Below, piece after piece: positions 60,561 through 64,000 of a stretch of DNA of 64,000 bases. The stretch's first letter is position 1. Each line of letters begins with the position of its first letter. Below the pieces are notes generated by a model. The model made no database searches, was not told the DNA's origin, and saw only the letters and a program-made list of their open reading frames with translations. The position numbers were made by a program, and so were the translations under genes. Source of the DNA: Nostoc sp. DedSLP01 (GTDB taxonomy: Bacteria; Cyanobacteriota; Cyanobacteriia; Cyanobacteriales; Nostocaceae). The DNA is taken from the NCBI GenBank assembly GCA_034530875.2, contig JAVRCJ020000005.1, positions 160,001-224,000 of the forward strand, given 5' to 3'.

Positions 60561-61550
60561 TTACTTGAAATATTTGAAGTTACGAGGGCCTGTGTAACCA
60601 GAAGCGTTTGCCAGTTCCTCTGGGTTTTGCACTCCACTATAGCTTTTCCCATTGATAATCCAAGTCGGGTAGCCTTCAATTTTTGCAGCTTGACACAGTT
60701 CTGGTTGAGCTTTGAGACCTGGAGGCACGCACTCGACCTTAACATTCTCGTTGAGTATTTGATAGGCTTCTTTGCCAAAGATCGTCTTTTGTTCGTGGCA
60801 GTGAGGACACCAAAAAGCAACGTATTCCTTAGCGCCTATCTTCAGCAGATGTCGTGCCAGGGCTATTTCCGCCTCACCAGAGGTAGTAGTGATTTCCCAT
60901 CCACCTATTGCCGGGTTAGGATCTCCCTTGCCATTAAAAGTAATTTTTACAGGTTGTCCGGGAGTTCCAGGTGTGACTTCTGATGAGTTTACACCAGCAT
61001 AAATACCTAAAGTACCAATCAGCGTTACCATCCCAACAATAATGGCGGTGAAAAAGATTTGCCCGAGATCCTCCCAGTTACGACCGATAATTGTCAGTAC
61101 CAAAAGACTGACAGAGAACAAAGCAGAGCCGATACAGTAAGGACAAACGGCCTTGATTTGGAATGCCAGCAGGTACATTAAGTAGCCGCTGAACACAGAC
61201 ATAGCGATCGCACTCACTAAGAGTAGCCACCAGGTCAAATTTTCCAGTTGGTTGCGACTATTATTATTCTCCCCTGAGTTCAATACCAAGGGAGCTAAAG
61301 CTAATATCACCATACTGGTGTATGCCAAAAACCCAAACAAAGCTAATGGCTGGCCAAAAATTGTTGCCCAAGGGCTGGAAAGCACATCATTGCAGCCTTT
61401 GACGCCAGCCTGTGCCACACAAGCTGCACTGCCTCCTGTTAACTTTTCTATGGTGAGATAACCTGTTGTCAAGGCACCACATCCAGCGATCGCGGCAATC
61501 AATGGACGCGACCATCTATGAATCCAAGGAGTAGAACGACGGCGAATCAT
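60561..61550 (-). CDS. Vitamin K epoxide reductase family protein with thioredoxin domain
   Basis: CNDVLSSPWA, CPYC, C-terminal WCPHC and GYPTW. Confidence 0.92.
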   Translation of the reverse strand: MIRRRSTPWIHRWSRPLIAAIAGCGALTTGYLTIEKLTGGSAACVAQAGVKGCNDVLSSPWATIFGQPLALFGFLAYTSMVILALAPLVLNSGENNNSRNQLENLTWWLLLVSAIAMSVFSGYLMYLLAFQIKAVCPYCIGSALFSVSLLVLTIIGRNWEDLGQIFFTAIIVGMVTLIGTLGIYAGVNSSEVTPGTPGQPVKITFNGKGDPNPAIGGWEITTTSGEAEIALARHLLKIGAKEYVAFWCPHCHEQKTIFGKEAYQILNENVKVECVPPGLKAQPELCQAAKIEGYPTWIINGKSYSGVQNPEELANASGYTGPRNFKYFK

Positions 61551-61556
61551 AAATAT

Positions 61557-61722
61557 TGGGGAATGGGGAATGGGGAATGGGGAATGGGGAATGGAGAATG
61601 GGGCATGGGGAATGGGGCATGGGGAATGGGTGCTAGAAAGTAATTGTAAATATTTAGTTCCTAGTCCCCAGTCACCAGTCCCTAGTCCCTAATCCCCATT
61701 CCCTACTCCCTACTCCCCACTC
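61557..61722. repeat. Inverted heptamer repeat pair filling the btpA-VKOR spacer
   Basis: (TGGGGAA)n arm at 61557-61630 and (AGTCCCT/ACTCCCT)n arm at 61657-61722. Confidence 0.9.
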
Positions 61723-62571
61723 CTAAGAATGTAATTTCACTTGTCCTGCTGACTTGCTTTCACTTTTAGAGTTCCAACTGCGACGTGCGGCTTCCACAAA
61801 TTGACTGACGCGAATCGGGTCAATTGGTTGGTCTATCCGTCCGTGACGTTTCAAGGAACTGGAGACTATGACACCATCTGCTGCTTGCATCAGGGTATCA
61901 ATATTTTCCCAATTTGCTCCACTACCAATAAAAACAGGCACTCCAGCTGCGGCACCGCAAGCTAATTCCAAATCTTCTAAGTTAGGAGGGCTACCAGTAG
62001 CCCAACCAGACAAAATTACCCCGTCTGCTAAACCTCTTTCGATGGTGTCTTTTACGGCGACTGTGAGATTTGGAGAACTCAAAGGACGGGCGTGTTTTAC
62101 CAACACATCGGCTAGGATTTTAACATCGCTGCCTAACTCCCGTCGATAGCGCAGTAATTGATGGGCTTCTCCTTCAATTAATCCCTGGTCGGTTGCCATC
62201 ACGCCTGTGAGGACGTTGACGCGGATAAATTGTGCTTGGACGCAGCTAGCGATCGCCAATGCACTTTTGGCGTCGTTTCGCAACACATTTAACCCTATTG
62301 GCAATGTCACTAAGTTCTGTATCCGCTGTACCACAATGGTCATGGCACTCACAACCACTGGATCTACTTGGTTTTTAGTAAACGGCGCATCGAAAAAATT
62401 CTCTACAATTATGCCGTCAACCCCTCCACTTGCCAAGGCTACGGCTTCTTGTTCGGCGCGGTCAATTACCGCTTTTAGGCTACCTCCCCAACGAGGTGAG
62501 GTTGGCAGTGGTAAAAGGTGAACCACGCCAATAATCGGTGAGCGAGTTTTAAATAGCTGATATAAGTCCAC
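61723..62571 (-). CDS. btpA: Photosystem I biogenesis protein BtpA
   Basis: IGVVHLLPLP, VENFFDAPF, NVLRND, ADVLVKH. Confidence 0.92.
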   Translation of the reverse strand: MDLYQLFKTRSPIIGVVHLLPLPTSPRWGGSLKAVIDRAEQEAVALASGGVDGIIVENFFDAPFTKNQVDPVVVSAMTIVVQRIQNLVTLPIGLNVLRNDAKSALAIASCVQAQFIRVNVLTGVMATDQGLIEGEAHQLLRYRRELGSDVKILADVLVKHARPLSSPNLTVAVKDTIERGLADGVILSGWATGSPPNLEDLELACGAAAGVPVFIGSGANWENIDTLMQAADGVIVSSSLKRHGRIDQPIDPIRVSQFVEAARRSWNSKSESKSAGQVKLHS

Positions 62572-63402
62572 GTCTTTAATTCTTGCGAGGGATTAGGGAT
62601 TAGAACTAGAGGCTAGTACCACAAGACCCAAATATACCTACAATTCAAAATACCTGAAAAGCTTGACTCATCAGCTTTTTTAATTTTGAATAATTTTGCA
62701 CTCTCCACTCCTAATACCCCATTCCCTTCATATAACCTTGCGGCATCGGAAAAAAAACAAGTTTTTAGATTCACAAATTTAAATGAAAAACTTGTTACAA
62801 CCTGTGTTTTTGTCCCTTTTTAAACTTGGTCGGTTACCCGCTTCCTTCCAGAGATGGAAATTGGCGTGAAACATGTCATAAGATATGTTAAGATAAAACC
62901 TGGCTACAAGAGGAGTTTGCCACTCACAACACGCGAGGCAGCTTTCCGTGGTTTGGACGTCTCGTCCGCGCACAGTCGTAGGATCGGCCAATCGTTAGGT
63001 TAGCATTACTGCTTTATGGGCGTAGTCGCGAAGGCGATTTCCCTGAGGGTAGCGACTTCTCACAACAAGCCCTTTGGGCGGCTTCCCGATGGGTAGATTA
63101 ACAACGCACACGCTATGGTAATGTAAAATACCAATAGGCGAATTGTTAAAGAACATTACAAGTGTCAAATGTACCCAAAGACACTTCAATTTACCCTGGG
63201 GAACAGATTGATAGGAATATCATAACATGGCCTCTATTTTTATTCTTGATAGGGGTGGAGTTTAGCGGGCATTTGCTGACAATGGAAATTTGCCATTGTT
63301 AATGTTCTCATGACGAAGCCGATAGCAAAAACAAGCAAAGCAAAGTTAGTTAGCGCTGGAATGATTTGATTACAAGAAAAAAATTGAAGATTTTTTCAAA
63401 AT

Positions 63403-64000
63403 ATGGGTGACAAGCCAACAATTGCCATTTCTCACTTGGGCTGCGAGAAAAATCGAATAGATACAGAACACATGTTGGGAATGCTGGTAGAAGCAGGCTA
63501 TGGTGTAGATACAAATGAAGAGTTAGCAGATTACGTTATTGTTAATACCTGTAGTTTTATTGAAGCAGCAAGACAAGAATCTGTCAGAACTTTAGTAGAG
63601 CTGGCAGAGGCAAACAAAAGAATCGTAATTACTGGCTGTATGGCGCAACATTTCCAAGAACAACTTTTGGAGGAGTTGCCGGAAGCAGTAGCGGTAGTAG
63701 GTACAGGCGATTATCACAAAATTGTAAATGTAATTGAGCGTGTAGAACAAGGCGAACGCGTTAAACAGGTTAGTATCGAACCAACTTATATAGCTGACGA
63801 GACTACACCACGCTATCGCACTACAACAGAGGGCGTAGCTTACCTCAGGATTGCCGAAGGATGTGATTATCGTTGTGCGTTTTGTATAATTCCTCATTTA
63901 AGAGGTAACCAGCGATCGCGTACTATAGAATCAATAGTTGCTGAAGCCGAGCAGTTAGTTAGTCAAGGAGTACAGGAAATTATTTTAATTTCCCAAATCA
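63403..64000 (+). CDS. rimO: Ribosomal protein S12 methylthiotransferase RimO (partial)
   Basis: Manual translation: [24 protein letters not shown]...VNTCSFI...[19 protein letters not shown]; runs off the window. Confidence 0.93.
   Translation, partial: MGDKPTIAISHLGCEKNRIDTEHMLGMLVEAGYGVDTNEELADYVIVNTCSFIEAARQESVRTLVELAEANKRIVITGCMAQHFQEQLLEELPEAVAVVGTGDYHKIVNVIERVEQGERVKQVSIEPTYIADETTPRYRTTTEGVAYLRIAEGCDYRCAFCIIPHLRGNQRSRTIESIVAEAEQLVSQGVQEIILISQI

Noticed and set aside
63118..63131. NtcA site GTA-N8-TAC
   Set aside because: No correctly spaced -10 box; such matches are expected by chance

Overview
Chromosomal segment of a heterocyst-forming (Nostocales-type) cyanobacterium, judged from frequent HIP1 sites (GCGATCGC), heptamer tandem repeats, psbU and btpA. 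From left to right: three tandem hybrid sensor kinases (the first has an ethylene-receptor-like Cu-binding domain) and an XRE regulator; an orphan CRISPR array (11 repeats, 10 spacers, no cas genes); kaiB-domain gene, pilT, argF, lexA; and a roughly 16 kb DNA-phosphorothioation defence island. The island holds an SF2 helicase, an unannotated 57-aa ORF, a CxC SMC-like ATPase, a PD-(D/E)XK protein, MNT with a damaged HEPN toxin, Dnd-associated protein 4, a putative SBD-HNH nuclease, a DGQHR/DndB-like protein, dndC, dndD, dndE and a Dnd-associated methyltransferase; dndA and dndFGH are not seen. The rest is housekeeping and signalling genes (ampG, GNAT, HEAT, EAL/PAS two-component pair, GHL10, uppP, psbU, nadB, CHASE2-GGDEF, VKOR, btpA, rimO). 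The most unusual signals are: (i) a four-helix-bundle gene in antisense between dndD and dndE, bracketed by inverted heptamer arms that start at the dndD stop and end at the dndE start, with empty arm pairs of the same design at many operon junctions and inside ORFs; (ii) the Pbe-like effector module with a possible PT-reading HNH inside a PT-writing cluster; (iii) a small secreted-looking peptide next to a CHASE2 cyclase. All family calls come from motif recognition by eye; no searches were run.
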